Origin: Gemmatimonadota bacterium
GTDB taxonomy: Bacteria > 4572-55 > J002
Assembly (NCBI GenBank): GCA_003697105.1
Contig: RFFQ01000173.1
Coordinates: forward strand, 1,976 to 65,975
Length of the DNA stretch: 64,000 nt
Reading direction: 5' to 3'
Shown here: positions 29,985 to 39,355 of the stretch, in pieces
Position numbering within the stretch: the stretch's first letter is position 1
Layout of the letters: every line of letters starts with the position of its first letter
Translations under genes and position numbers: made by a program
The notes under the pieces: model-generated
The model's database searches: none
What the model was told of the DNA's origin: nothing
What the model saw: the letters and a program-made list of their open reading frames with translations, nothing else

Positions 29985-32174
29985 CTAGTTACTGCGTAAT
30001 TTATCCATCACGCATTGTACAACCGGCCGGGCTTGCTCTTTCGCCCGGTTGTATTCCTCATCTGGGTCATCACCCGGATTTGCTTCCGCCATATTCGAGA
30101 GCGGAAAGTTTGTCAGAATGGTTTGTGGGACATTCAAAACGGGCTTGAAGATCGTTCCCGCCACATTGGGCTGCGCATCGGAATAGGGGCGATATTCAAA
30201 AATCACTTCTGCATTTTCGGCGGGATAAAAATCTTCACGATACGGGTACGGACGATTTTCCGGAGCATCTAGCCATTCGGCATCCACACCGTTACACGAG
30301 TTCATCCCAATAATACTCAAATTGGAGGTTTCGGAAGCTCCTTGAGGGATGGTGGACCGCCGATTCACACCAAACAAGTAAGGAAAATCACCGCGTACAA
30401 ACACTTTATCGTCATAGCCTGATTTTTGAAGCAATTTGTTGCCGGATAACCAGACCTTACCTCCAGATAGAATATAAGCAGAGAGCTCATCTTGAATATT
30501 GATAAAGGGTGTATGATTATTTGGGCGAACGCCTTCAAAATAGGATACTACAACCGCATACTGGCCAATCATTTCGATTAAACCCTCTTGATTATATGGA
30601 ACAATCGTATAATTCTCGGTATCTTCGGCGTTAAAATGCCCGGTTTCCGTAAGCACATCCAGATAAAAATCTTCCATTTCCCACGGAATCAATCCGGCAT
30701 TCGGTTTATTCAATCGATTGGGGTCATCGGTAATCAGCAATACTTCTTTTTCAAATGTGGCATGAATCACGTTGTATTCCCAAGTGGCGGGGATATAAAT
30801 CGGGTTATTCGCATCACCTTCGATCTGGTATTGTCCAATTTGATACGAATCATCCATGACTCGCACGTACAAGGTATGCATTCCCGGGCTAAATGCCTCG
30901 CCTTCTTGCAGTGCATCATACCACGTTAATGGGTTGGCGACTACCGCTCCGGTAAGGTCATAAACATCTTCTGTAACCGGTATGGGGTTGCCTTCGTCAT
31001 CAAAAAAGCGCAAATAGAACTCCGTTTCGGTTTCACTATCGACAGGGATCCACTCACTCCATGTTGTGGTATCATCAATGGACCACGAGTAATGGGTAAT
31101 ATAGCCTTCTTCACCACCGCCGAACGCCTCGGGGATAGGGTCTGTATAGCTGATACGGAAGGGACCGATACCGTTCCAATTTTCCTGTCCAACGGATGGC
31201 TGGTTGGAACTGATATGATTTGCTGGTACTAGCACGTTTTCGGCGGCACCAAATGTAATTTCCACTTGCGGGGTCAAGCTGGTTACCCGGTAATAGTAGC
31301 GGTCATAGTCCGCGGGGTCAATATTGGCAGGATTCGCCGGTCCGGCGGGCCAGGAATAAATCTCGCTCACCGCATTGCTCACATCCCAGGGCGCTAAGAT
31401 CAGATTTTCTTCATTGCCTAAATCAACAAAATCGCCCGTGGTGATAAGGGCTTGGGATAAATTAGCACCTTCCAGCAAGTCGGGGGTCGTGGGGTCATCG
31501 ATATCGGTATCAACACCGGGGGTGACCCCGGCCGTCGCCTCTGGACTGTCCAGATCAATCCGTACCGGGCGGGCGAGATAGGGATCGGTGTGATCCAAAG
31601 TAAATGCGTAGTAAGCCACCGGTTCATCCTGCTCGTCATAAACCCCGTAACCCCGCTGGCTACTATATTCCTGACCACTCAGGAATATTTCTTGATCGAC
31701 CCCGGAATACATCAGGTCCCGGCTGGCTTTGTTGGCACGGCGGACCACTTCTTCGTAGCCGAGCCAGGAGGCGCGATTATCGACCGAAATCACCTGAAAT
31801 TTGTGCATCCGGATGGCGTCTAAGGTAACATCAAATTGGGCGTCCTCTGTCCAAATCCAGCGCCCGACTTCCGTTGGAGGTACTGCCGGGTCCGCCGGGG
31901 GATTATTCAAATCTGGGAAATCGGGATTGACCGAAATCACGCGCACAAAATAACCCACGACATCCCCATCCCCATCGAATCCGGCAAAACGGAAAGTCAA
32001 TTTATAAAAATCCGCCGTACCAAATGGATTATCAATGGGTGTAGGCGGGCTGATTCTTGCCAGTGGTGGGATATTCTCGCTAATATCGCCGCTATAATCT
32101 TTATCACAACTCATTAGGGTTACCGCCAGTATCACACTTAAGAAAAGCCCCCCGAAAGGGTACAATGTTTTCAT
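29985..32174 (-). CDS. Large acidic lipoprotein of unknown function
   Basis: Lipobox LMSC; GFDGDGDVVGY, YSWSIDD..WSEW, GMHTLYVRVMD Ig-like motifs; C-terminal alpha/beta segment (YILSGGKVWLSG); AGGAGG RBS. Confidence 0.8.
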   Translation of the reverse strand: MKTLYPFGGLFLSVILAVTLMSCDKDYSGDISENIPPLARISPPTPIDNPFGTADFYKLTFRFAGFDGDGDVVGYFVRVISVNPDFPDLNNPPADPAVPPTEVGRWIWTEDAQFDVTLDAIRMHKFQVISVDNRASWLGYEEVVRRANKASRDLMYSGVDQEIFLSGQEYSSQRGYGVYDEQDEPVAYYAFTLDHTDPYLARPVRIDLDSPEATAGVTPGVDTDIDDPTTPDLLEGANLSQALITTGDFVDLGNEENLILAPWDVSNAVSEIYSWPAGPANPANIDPADYDRYYYRVTSLTPQVEITFGAAENVLVPANHISSNQPSVGQENWNGIGPFRISYTDPIPEAFGGGEEGYITHYSWSIDDTTTWSEWIPVDSETETEFYLRFFDDEGNPIPVTEDVYDLTGAVVANPLTWYDALQEGEAFSPGMHTLYVRVMDDSYQIGQYQIEGDANNPIYIPATWEYNVIHATFEKEVLLITDDPNRLNKPNAGLIPWEMEDFYLDVLTETGHFNAEDTENYTIVPYNQEGLIEMIGQYAVVVSYFEGVRPNNHTPFINIQDELSAYILSGGKVWLSGNKLLQKSGYDDKVFVRGDFPYLFGVNRRSTIPQGASETSNLSIIGMNSCNGVDAEWLDAPENRPYPYREDFYPAENAEVIFEYRPYSDAQPNVAGTIFKPVLNVPQTILTNFPLSNMAEANPGDDPDEEYNRAKEQARPVVQCVMDKLRSN

Positions 32175-32270
32175 TACACAACCTCCTCGTGTAAGTGACG
32201 TGAAGTAAAATAGTTAAGATGGCTCAATTCCTTGGGTAGGAAACTCATAATGGTTTCAATGAGATAAAAG

Positions 32271-32299
32271 AGGTTATCAAATTCTATAGGGATTGTCAA
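32271..32299 (-). promoter_or_regulatory. Possible sigma70-type promoter
   Basis: TTGACA-N17-TAACCT on the minus strand. Confidence 0.45.
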
Positions 32300-32340
32300 C
32301 ACCTTTTTTCGTTGTCACTTTCTCTTTGGGATGCTCGATT

Positions 32341-32943
32341 TCAGTTGGTTTGAGCGGCATAAAACAGGTAGATCAAGCTAGCAGTGATGCCGGTTACCAT
32401 CACCGGTTCCCAGATGGATGAGGCGGGTGGCAGTGCCGGATTTTGTTCGGTTTCCGTCGTGAGTTGTAGGAACGCTTGGGGCACCTGATCCGTAGTTTGT
32501 GCCCGGACACGACCGGAGGCAACCAATTGCTGCTGGTGGTGAAGTTGGTAGGTCAATTGGGTGATACATTCGCGTTCTACCTGAACTTTCCGCCAGATTC
32601 CGCGCCGGTACGTGCGGGGGTATCGCACCCCTAATGCATCAATTTGCAAATATAACCGGTATATCTCCGGCTGGGTCGAGTCTGGGCGAACGGTTACTAA
32701 CGAAATGGGCTTGGACTGCAACTCTTGACCCCATAGAGCGAGTAGAAAGAAGGCTTGATTTTTGTCATTTATCACTTCGGTATAAAGTTGGGATATGGGT
32801 ACACCGGCAATTTCCGCCCAGAGGTTCCGGAGAGCTTGGCGTGTGGTCTGTTCCAACTGATCCGTGTTGGAGGGATAATCCAAACCGTGGAGGGCAGAGG
32901 CTGGGATGAGCATGGCAAACAAGACTGCTATCAATCTGTGCAT
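32341..32943 (-). CDS. Exported hypothetical protein with a C-terminal hydrophobic anchor
   Basis: ATG 32943 lies 4 nt after the upstream stop; signal peptide; C-terminal WEPVMVTGITASLIYLFY. Confidence 0.65.
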   Translation of the reverse strand: MHRLIAVLFAMLIPASALHGLDYPSNTDQLEQTTRQALRNLWAEIAGVPISQLYTEVINDKNQAFFLLALWGQELQSKPISLVTVRPDSTQPEIYRLYLQIDALGVRYPRTYRRGIWRKVQVERECITQLTYQLHHQQQLVASGRVRAQTTDQVPQAFLQLTTETEQNPALPPASSIWEPVMVTGITASLIYLFYAAQTN

Positions 32944-32947
32944 GGGG

Positions 32948-35041
32948 TTACAATTCCATATCCAGACGGGTGGGGGGTTTATTCCAATCGACAATCATGC
33001 GGGAGAGAAGGTCTCGGACTAACTCATTTGAGGGTTGTGGTGTCGTTGTACTGGCGGGTCGTTTTGCCGTTGAAGGTGCGGAAACGCTTGGCGTGGAATT
33101 TTCTCCTAATACGGAACGAAGTGTATCCAGCGTAATTGTGGTTTCTCCGTTGACAGAACACTGTGCTGTCAGGCGGTTTAAAATTCCTCGTAATTCCCGG
33201 ATACTATGTTGGTATTGGTGGGTAATATAGTCGAGAGCGCGGGGGTCTATTGTTAAGTTTAAGGCTTCAATATAATTTTTGACAATAGTTCGCCGTACTT
33301 CTGCTTTTGGCGATTTGAGTTCGATCACCAACCCCCCTTCAAAGCGGGAGCGAATCCGGTGCTCTACTTCTGTCAATAGATTCGGGGGACGATCACCACT
33401 AATGACGATCTGTTTGTTCACGGAATATAAGGTATTAAAGCAGTGAAAAAACTCTTCTTGGGTGCGCTCTTTGCCGCTCAAACGCTGAATATCGTCCATC
33501 AACAGCACATCAATTTCATTGTAATTCATCCGAAAGTCATCGGTGCGGCGCTCTTCAATTGCTTTGATTAAATGGCGGGCAAATTCATCCACGGTGATGT
33601 AGAGCACATTCAGATGCGCGTGATGATCGACAATGTAATTCCCGATAGCGTGGAGCAGGTGGGTTTTTCCCAAGCCGACGCCGCCATGAATATAAAGCGG
33701 GTTGTATTGCTTTGCTGGCGCCTGACTGACCGCTTTGGCAATGCTCATCAGCATTTTATTTTCATCCCCGGCGATGTAATTTTCAAACCGGAAATCCAAG
33801 ATCAAGGTTTGGCGATAGGTTTGGCGGCGTTCAATGCGGGTTTCGAGCCGTTTCAGGTCGGCGGCAATCTGGTCGATGGCTTCCGGGTTGAACAGATTTT
33901 GTTCGATTTTGCGGGCGTCTGCTTCCAGCCCTCGCACATCCAAACATGCCAATTGCTTTTGGAATTCCGCTAATCGTTTGGCATCGCGGGTGTATTCCCG
34001 AAAAACTCGTTCGATCTCTTCCACATTACCATCAATCACTTGCTGCAACCGGACGACATTAAAGCCTTTCATCTCCCACACATAGAGTTTTTGCCGGTAA
34101 AATTCGCGGAGTTCCTCTTCTTCTTGCCGTTTTGAGATGGTCTGGCTGACATCATGTTCGACTTCTTCGATAAATTGCCCGAATTCTTCCGGTAAACTAG
34201 ATTTGGCGGGGGATTTGGCGAGGGATTGAGGCTCGGGTTGGGCTACTGGTGGGGGAGTGACCTCCACCGCTGGGGAGGGTGGGGGGGTTGTGTCATAGCG
34301 TTTCTGGCGTTCGGCTAGGAGTCGTTGAACCCATTCCACGGTTACCTGCGCATCATTCAGGCTGGAAATCGCTAGGACTTGATTCAAGAAGCCCTCTAAT
34401 TCCCGGATGTTGGAGGTAATTCCCTGTGCGATCTCGTAGATCAACTCCTCCGGCAGGGTGATGTTACGCAGGGCGGCTTTATTGTTAAGGATGGCGACTC
34501 GTGTTTCAAAATCGGGTAGTTGGATATCGGCTACCAGCCCTCCTTCAAAACGGGAGCGTAACCGTTCATCCAAATCCATACTTTTCGGCGGACGATCACT
34601 GGTGAAGACGATCTGTTTTTGCAAGGTATAAAGTGTATCGAATGTATGCAGTAACTCCGTTTGGGAGCGGTCTTTATCGGCGAGGAATTGAATATCGTCG
34701 ATGAGCAGGCAATCCACATTGCGGTATTTGTTGTGGAAATCGTCAATGCTTTTGCGCCGTTCAAGGGCATCTAGCAGTTCATTCGCGAACTGTTCCGCGG
34801 TGGTATAGATGATTTGAATCTCAGGATTCGTTTGAAGGAGTTCATTACCGATGGCGCTGATGAGGTGGGTTTTGCCCAAGCCCACACCACTATAGATAAA
34901 AAGCGGATTATGCATAAAACCGGGCATATCCGCGACCCCTTTAGCGGCGGCATAAGCAAAGCGATTACTATTCCCAACAATAAAGTGATCAAAGGTAAAG
35001 TTGGGATTGAGGAAGAGTTGAAGTTGGTTACCTGCGCTCAT
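32948..35041 (-). CDS. Tandem DnaA-family AAA+ protein (two domain-III modules, no domain I or IV)
   Basis: Module 1: FTFDHFIVGNSN, NPLFIYSGVGLGKTHL, LLIDDIQFL, TSDRPP, RLRSRF, NIRELEG. Module 2: FRFENYIAGDEN, NPLYIHGGVGLGKTHL, LLMDDIQRL, SGDRPP, RIRSRF, SIRELRG. No domain IV signature. Confidence 0.9.
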   Translation of the reverse strand: MSAGNQLQLFLNPNFTFDHFIVGNSNRFAYAAAKGVADMPGFMHNPLFIYSGVGLGKTHLISAIGNELLQTNPEIQIIYTTAEQFANELLDALERRKSIDDFHNKYRNVDCLLIDDIQFLADKDRSQTELLHTFDTLYTLQKQIVFTSDRPPKSMDLDERLRSRFEGGLVADIQLPDFETRVAILNNKAALRNITLPEELIYEIAQGITSNIRELEGFLNQVLAISSLNDAQVTVEWVQRLLAERQKRYDTTPPPSPAVEVTPPPVAQPEPQSLAKSPAKSSLPEEFGQFIEEVEHDVSQTISKRQEEEELREFYRQKLYVWEMKGFNVVRLQQVIDGNVEEIERVFREYTRDAKRLAEFQKQLACLDVRGLEADARKIEQNLFNPEAIDQIAADLKRLETRIERRQTYRQTLILDFRFENYIAGDENKMLMSIAKAVSQAPAKQYNPLYIHGGVGLGKTHLLHAIGNYIVDHHAHLNVLYITVDEFARHLIKAIEERRTDDFRMNYNEIDVLLMDDIQRLSGKERTQEEFFHCFNTLYSVNKQIVISGDRPPNLLTEVEHRIRSRFEGGLVIELKSPKAEVRRTIVKNYIEALNLTIDPRALDYITHQYQHSIRELRGILNRLTAQCSVNGETTITLDTLRSVLGENSTPSVSAPSTAKRPASTTTPQPSNELVRDLLSRMIVDWNKPPTRLDMEL

Positions 35042-35065
35042 AGATTTGGTGCTGTCAAGATAAGG

Positions 35066-37582
35066 TTAGGACACATCAGAAATTTCATCGGGTTGATGCG
35101 GTAGGGAAACATGCCCACCTCTGGAAAAGATACGCTCCCATTCCAACGCCACCTCCAGACTTTGCCGGGCACTTTCGCGTAGATTTTCATCTTCCGTGGA
35201 GGAGATAATCTGCTCCCACTGTTTGATGGCGCCTTTGTAAATCCGGCGGTAATTACACAGACCTAACTGATAATGGGCGTAGTGATAGGTTGGTTTGATG
35301 CGGATGACCGTCCGGTAGGTGTGTGCGGCTTCGTTATACTTTTGCTGTTGAAAATAGATGTCCCCTAGGGTTGTATAGACATAGGCATCATTTGCGTTGG
35401 TTTTGAGGGCTTCCTGACAGATATTTTCCGCGGTTTGCAGATCATCTTTACGAACATAAATTTTAGCTAAGCGGCGGAACGCCAATGAATTTTCCGGGTT
35501 GAGTTCGATAGCTTGCCGGTAGTAGTGGATTGCGTCATCGGGGCGTTCGGCATATTCAGAAAGAATGCCACAAATCAGTTGGGCTTCAAAATTCGTAGGT
35601 TCTAGTTCGATCACCCGTTTGTACGCCTCCAGTGCTTTATCGTACAGCCCTTTTTTCTTATACACATTCCCTTTGGAGCGGTATATTTCGCTGCGGTCGG
35701 GTGCTAACTGGTTTGCTTTGCCCAAGTACAACAAAGCTTCGTCATACATGCCTTTGCGGGAGTATGCCCGGCCAAGCAGATATTGCGCCTCCGTATGTTG
35801 GGGGTCGAGTTCCACGGCAACCCGGAGTTTGATCAGGGCTTCGTCCAGAGCACCAGCGTCGAAGTGCTCTTTTGCTTCTTGATAATACCGGTGAACTTCG
35901 GTGCGTTTAATGCGTTCGGCGCGATCAATACCTTGTTCGTGTTCTCCGGCTAAACGTTCTTGCAGCCGTTTGGCGGCGTCTTCGGGGCGGGCAACCGGAA
36001 CGGTCAGGACTTCAAATTTGGGAGTGGGGAAGTCGATCATCAATTTGAAAAAGTACCCCGCATATTCGCTGCGTAAACTCCGTGCATCCTCAAATTGAAC
36101 AATAGCTTCTTCGTACCGTCCCTGATGGACAAGTGCAAAGCCATAATTAAATTTTGCTTCGGCACTTTGCGCATTTACATGAACGGCATCACTCAAAAAC
36201 GGGATTGCCTGATCGTAATTGCCCAATTCCAAATGCACAATTCCCAAATTTGCCAACACCCGATAATTACTGGGTTCCCGCTGGCGGCACTCCTCCAAAA
36301 TTTTCAGTGCTTCTTGATATTCATTTTGCCAACGATACACTAAAGCAAGATTGATTTGAGGCTCGATGTCTTTCGCGTCAAGCTGAATCGCTTGGCGAAA
36401 TGCCTCGATTGCTTGGTCGTACTGACCTTGATTGACCAGTGCGACGCCCCGATTATTGTAACTGGGGGCATACTGTGGATTGACCTTCAATGATTTATCG
36501 TACCATACCAGTGCTTTTTGATATTCACCGGAGAGGTGATGCCCGACGCCGATATCGTTAAACATTCGGGCTGAATAAGGCTCTACCACTAGTGCTTTTT
36601 GGTATTCACGCACCGCATCGTTGGCGTTACCTTTCAGCAACAGAATTTCTGCCACATTGCGGTATATCAATGCCGCATCCGGATCGATACCCAACGCCCG
36701 TTGAAATTCACCCAGCGCTTCATCAAAAAAGCCTTTATTGCGATAGGCGATCCCCATGTGATAATGATTCATAAAATTCTGGGCGGGGGATTGAGTGTGT
36801 GTTGTCCGCACGGAATCGGTATCGCTCAACTCGACATCACTATCGTCGATTTCAAGGTTTGTTTCCGCTTTGGCGTAATTGGGGTCTAGTTTGATTGCCG
36901 TGTTGTACGCTTCCTGTGCTTCGGTGAACATGCCTTTATCGCCGTAAACAAAACTCAGGTGGAAGTAGGCATCGGCAAGTTCGGGATCGATTTCGATCAC
37001 CTTTTGGAATTGAGCGATGGCTTCTTCATCCATGCCCATGTTGTAATAGGCTTGTCCCAGTTTATCATGGATGATGGCGATACCGGGTTTAAGTTCCGCC
37101 GCAAATAGATATTCTTGAATTGCACGTTCACAATCTCCAATGCCCATCAAGCCGTTACCGAGGTGATAATGGGCAAGGTAATTCATCCGGTCCATCTCAA
37201 CCACGGTGGTATATTGTTCGATGGCATCTTGAAAATTACCGGCGGTTTCATAAACGTTGCCCAACTTGTAGTATGCCTGCACATCTTTCGGGTTCATCTG
37301 AATCCGCTGTTTGTATTTATTGATGAGTTCATCGTATTTGCCGGTTTTCCGGTACACGGCTTGTAAATTGCGGCGGGCAAGTGAAAAACGGGGGTCTAGG
37401 GAGAGGGCTTTGCGAAATTGTTGAATCGCCTCTTCATAAAAGCCTTTTTGGTAAAAGACGACTCCCAAATTGTTATGGGCGCCTGCATCTTTCGGATCCA
37501 GGCGATCCGAATAGCTTTGCAGGACTTTTATATCTCCATTCCGTGTCGTCTGGTGTTGGGTATCGGAAGCCATAGTTTCCAT
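35066..37582 (-). CDS. Large cytoplasmic TPR-repeat protein
   Basis: Long arrays of 34-aa TPRs (AHNNLGVVFYQKGFYEEAIQQFRKALSLDP). Likely start at ATG 37582, downstream of the gatA stop; the ORF-track extension overlaps gatA. Confidence 0.9.
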   Translation of the reverse strand: METMASDTQHQTTRNGDIKVLQSYSDRLDPKDAGAHNNLGVVFYQKGFYEEAIQQFRKALSLDPRFSLARRNLQAVYRKTGKYDELINKYKQRIQMNPKDVQAYYKLGNVYETAGNFQDAIEQYTTVVEMDRMNYLAHYHLGNGLMGIGDCERAIQEYLFAAELKPGIAIIHDKLGQAYYNMGMDEEAIAQFQKVIEIDPELADAYFHLSFVYGDKGMFTEAQEAYNTAIKLDPNYAKAETNLEIDDSDVELSDTDSVRTTHTQSPAQNFMNHYHMGIAYRNKGFFDEALGEFQRALGIDPDAALIYRNVAEILLLKGNANDAVREYQKALVVEPYSARMFNDIGVGHHLSGEYQKALVWYDKSLKVNPQYAPSYNNRGVALVNQGQYDQAIEAFRQAIQLDAKDIEPQINLALVYRWQNEYQEALKILEECRQREPSNYRVLANLGIVHLELGNYDQAIPFLSDAVHVNAQSAEAKFNYGFALVHQGRYEEAIVQFEDARSLRSEYAGYFFKLMIDFPTPKFEVLTVPVARPEDAAKRLQERLAGEHEQGIDRAERIKRTEVHRYYQEAKEHFDAGALDEALIKLRVAVELDPQHTEAQYLLGRAYSRKGMYDEALLYLGKANQLAPDRSEIYRSKGNVYKKKGLYDKALEAYKRVIELEPTNFEAQLICGILSEYAERPDDAIHYYRQAIELNPENSLAFRRLAKIYVRKDDLQTAENICQEALKTNANDAYVYTTLGDIYFQQQKYNEAAHTYRTVIRIKPTYHYAHYQLGLCNYRRIYKGAIKQWEQIISSTEDENLRESARQSLEVALEWERIFSRGGHVSLPHQPDEISDVS

Positions 37583-37601
37583 CTCAAATGCCTTTTCCCG
37601 G

Positions 37602-39074
37602 TTAGGAGGCTGAATCAAGTCGCGCCTGCTCAAAGGCGTATGCGGTTTGTAGAAGTTGCTCTTCCGCATCGGGTTTCGCGATGAATTGTATGCCGGCAGG
37701 CAACTGCCCGGCAGGAATATCGCCCGGCACGGATATCGCCGGTAAGCCCGCCAGACTCGCAAGTACCGTGAATTGATCGGATTGGTACATCCGAAGCGGG
37801 TCTGTTAAGTGTTCGCCCCTACGAAATGCCGGTGTGGGTGTGACCGGTGATACGACCAATTCCACTTGTTGAAACGCTTGCTCAAAATCGCGGGCAATTT
37901 GGGTTCGGATTTGCTGTGCTCTTTGGTAGTACGCGGCGTAATGCTCCTGTTGCAAGACGTATGTGCCCAGCAAAATGCGCCGCTTGACTTCTGGACCAAA
38001 CCCTTCTGTCCGGCTGTGACGGTATAGGCTATGCAAATCATTTGCCCGTTTTGAACGATGCCCGTACCGGACGCCATCATAACGCGCTAAATTTGCCGAA
38101 GCCTCCGCATTGGCAATGATATAGTACGTCGCTAGGGCGTAGGGTACATGGGGTAAGGAAATCTCCCGAAGCTCTACGCCACAGGCTTCTAATCGACGTA
38201 AACCGGCATCAAACGCATACTGTACCACCGGCTCCAGAGTTACGTCCTGAAATTCTTTCACGATGCCAATCGGGAGACCGTTCAAGGTCTTATGGTTTTT
38301 CAGGGTTGAGGCATCATAAGGGGGTGCCTTCCGGCTTGTAGAATCCTTCGGGTCTGCGCCAGCAAGTACCTGAAATAGAAGCGCGCTATCTTCCACCGTA
38401 CGGGTCAGACATCCGATCTGATCAAATGAGGAAGCAAAGGCGACCAATCCAAAGCGGGAGATTCGCCCGTAGGTGGGTTTGAGTCCCACAACGCCGCAAA
38501 ATGCGGCCGGTTGCCGCACAGAACCGCCGGTATCCGACCCTAACGCAACGGTTGCCGTATGGACTGCCACTGCCGCGGCAGACCCACCACTGGAGCCGCC
38601 GGCTACCCGCGCGGGATCGTGGGGGTGGCGGGTGGCTCCAAACACGGAAGTTTCGGTTGAAGACCCCATCGCAAATTCATCCAGATTGGTCTTCCCGATA
38701 ATGATCGCGCCGTGTTCCCGTAAGCACTGGACAACGGTCGCATCATAGGGGGCAATGAACTCCTGCAACATTTTGGAACCACACGTGACCGGCACGCCTT
38801 TCACACAAATGTTGTCCTTAATGGCGACCGGAATGCCTAATAATGGTGAGGTGTCATCACCTTGATGTAAACGCCGGTCTGCTTGGCGGGCTTGTGCTAA
38901 TGCCCTCTCCGCCAGCACGGTGATATAGGCATGGATTGCCGGTTCCGTACGTTCAATGCGGGTCAGGACTTCTCGTGTTATTTCTTCCGAAGTGATACAT
39001 TTTTTTCGCAATAAGCCATACAATTCTGCGGCAGATTTATCGCTACATTCCAGAGCCATACCAACACCGGTCAA
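37602..39074 (-). CDS. gatA: Asp/Glu-tRNA amidotransferase subunit A
   Basis: GIPVAIKDN, GKTNLDEFAMGSS, GGSSGGS, GSDTGGSVRQP, NLARYDG, GFGPEVKRRILLG. Confidence 0.97.
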   Translation of the reverse strand: MTGVGMALECSDKSAAELYGLLRKKCITSEEITREVLTRIERTEPAIHAYITVLAERALAQARQADRRLHQGDDTSPLLGIPVAIKDNICVKGVPVTCGSKMLQEFIAPYDATVVQCLREHGAIIIGKTNLDEFAMGSSTETSVFGATRHPHDPARVAGGSSGGSAAAVAVHTATVALGSDTGGSVRQPAAFCGVVGLKPTYGRISRFGLVAFASSFDQIGCLTRTVEDSALLFQVLAGADPKDSTSRKAPPYDASTLKNHKTLNGLPIGIVKEFQDVTLEPVVQYAFDAGLRRLEACGVELREISLPHVPYALATYYIIANAEASANLARYDGVRYGHRSKRANDLHSLYRHSRTEGFGPEVKRRILLGTYVLQQEHYAAYYQRAQQIRTQIARDFEQAFQQVELVVSPVTPTPAFRRGEHLTDPLRMYQSDQFTVLASLAGLPAISVPGDIPAGQLPAGIQFIAKPDAEEQLLQTAYAFEQARLDSAS

Positions 39075-39355
39075 CGGAAAAGAGAGGGTACCCGAAAATG
39101 TTCCTGTGCCAGGTCTGGCGCCAGTTCTTCCAGAACAGTGAATGGCAATCCGATCTGGACTTGATCCGTGCGCAAAACATTTGTTGTCACTCCGGGTTGA
39201 ACCATCGGTGATATACCGGTGGTGTCCACTTCCGTGACCCGGGCGAATGCGGTGAGGATACGTTCCAGGTCGGTGTGGAATTGTGCCATTTCTGAGGGTG
39301 TAAGCTCCAGTTGGGCACGTTTTGTCAGATGGGTAAATTCGGCGTGTGAGATCAT
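39071..39355 (-). CDS. gatC: Asp/Glu-tRNA amidotransferase subunit C
   Basis: Directly upstream of gatA; DLERIL...VDTTGISP...LRTD...AP...FRVP; ATGA overlap with the tsaD stop. Confidence 0.88.
   Translation of the reverse strand: MISHAEFTHLTKRAQLELTPSEMAQFHTDLERILTAFARVTEVDTTGISPMVQPGVTTNVLRTDQVQIGLPFTVLEELAPDLAQEHFRVPSLFR

Noticed and set aside
32948..35041. Canonical dnaA and replication origin
   Set aside because: No domain IV, no adjacent dnaN/recF/gyrB/rpmH, and no TTATCCACA cluster seen in the flanking DNA.
37583..37762. N-terminal extension of the TPR ORF overlapping gatA
   Set aside because: The sequence is not TPR-like and overlaps the conserved gatA C-terminus; a better start exists at 37582.
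37602..39355. Absence of gatB beside gatCA as an anomaly
   Set aside because: gatB is often encoded separately, and one window cannot show that it is missing from the genome.
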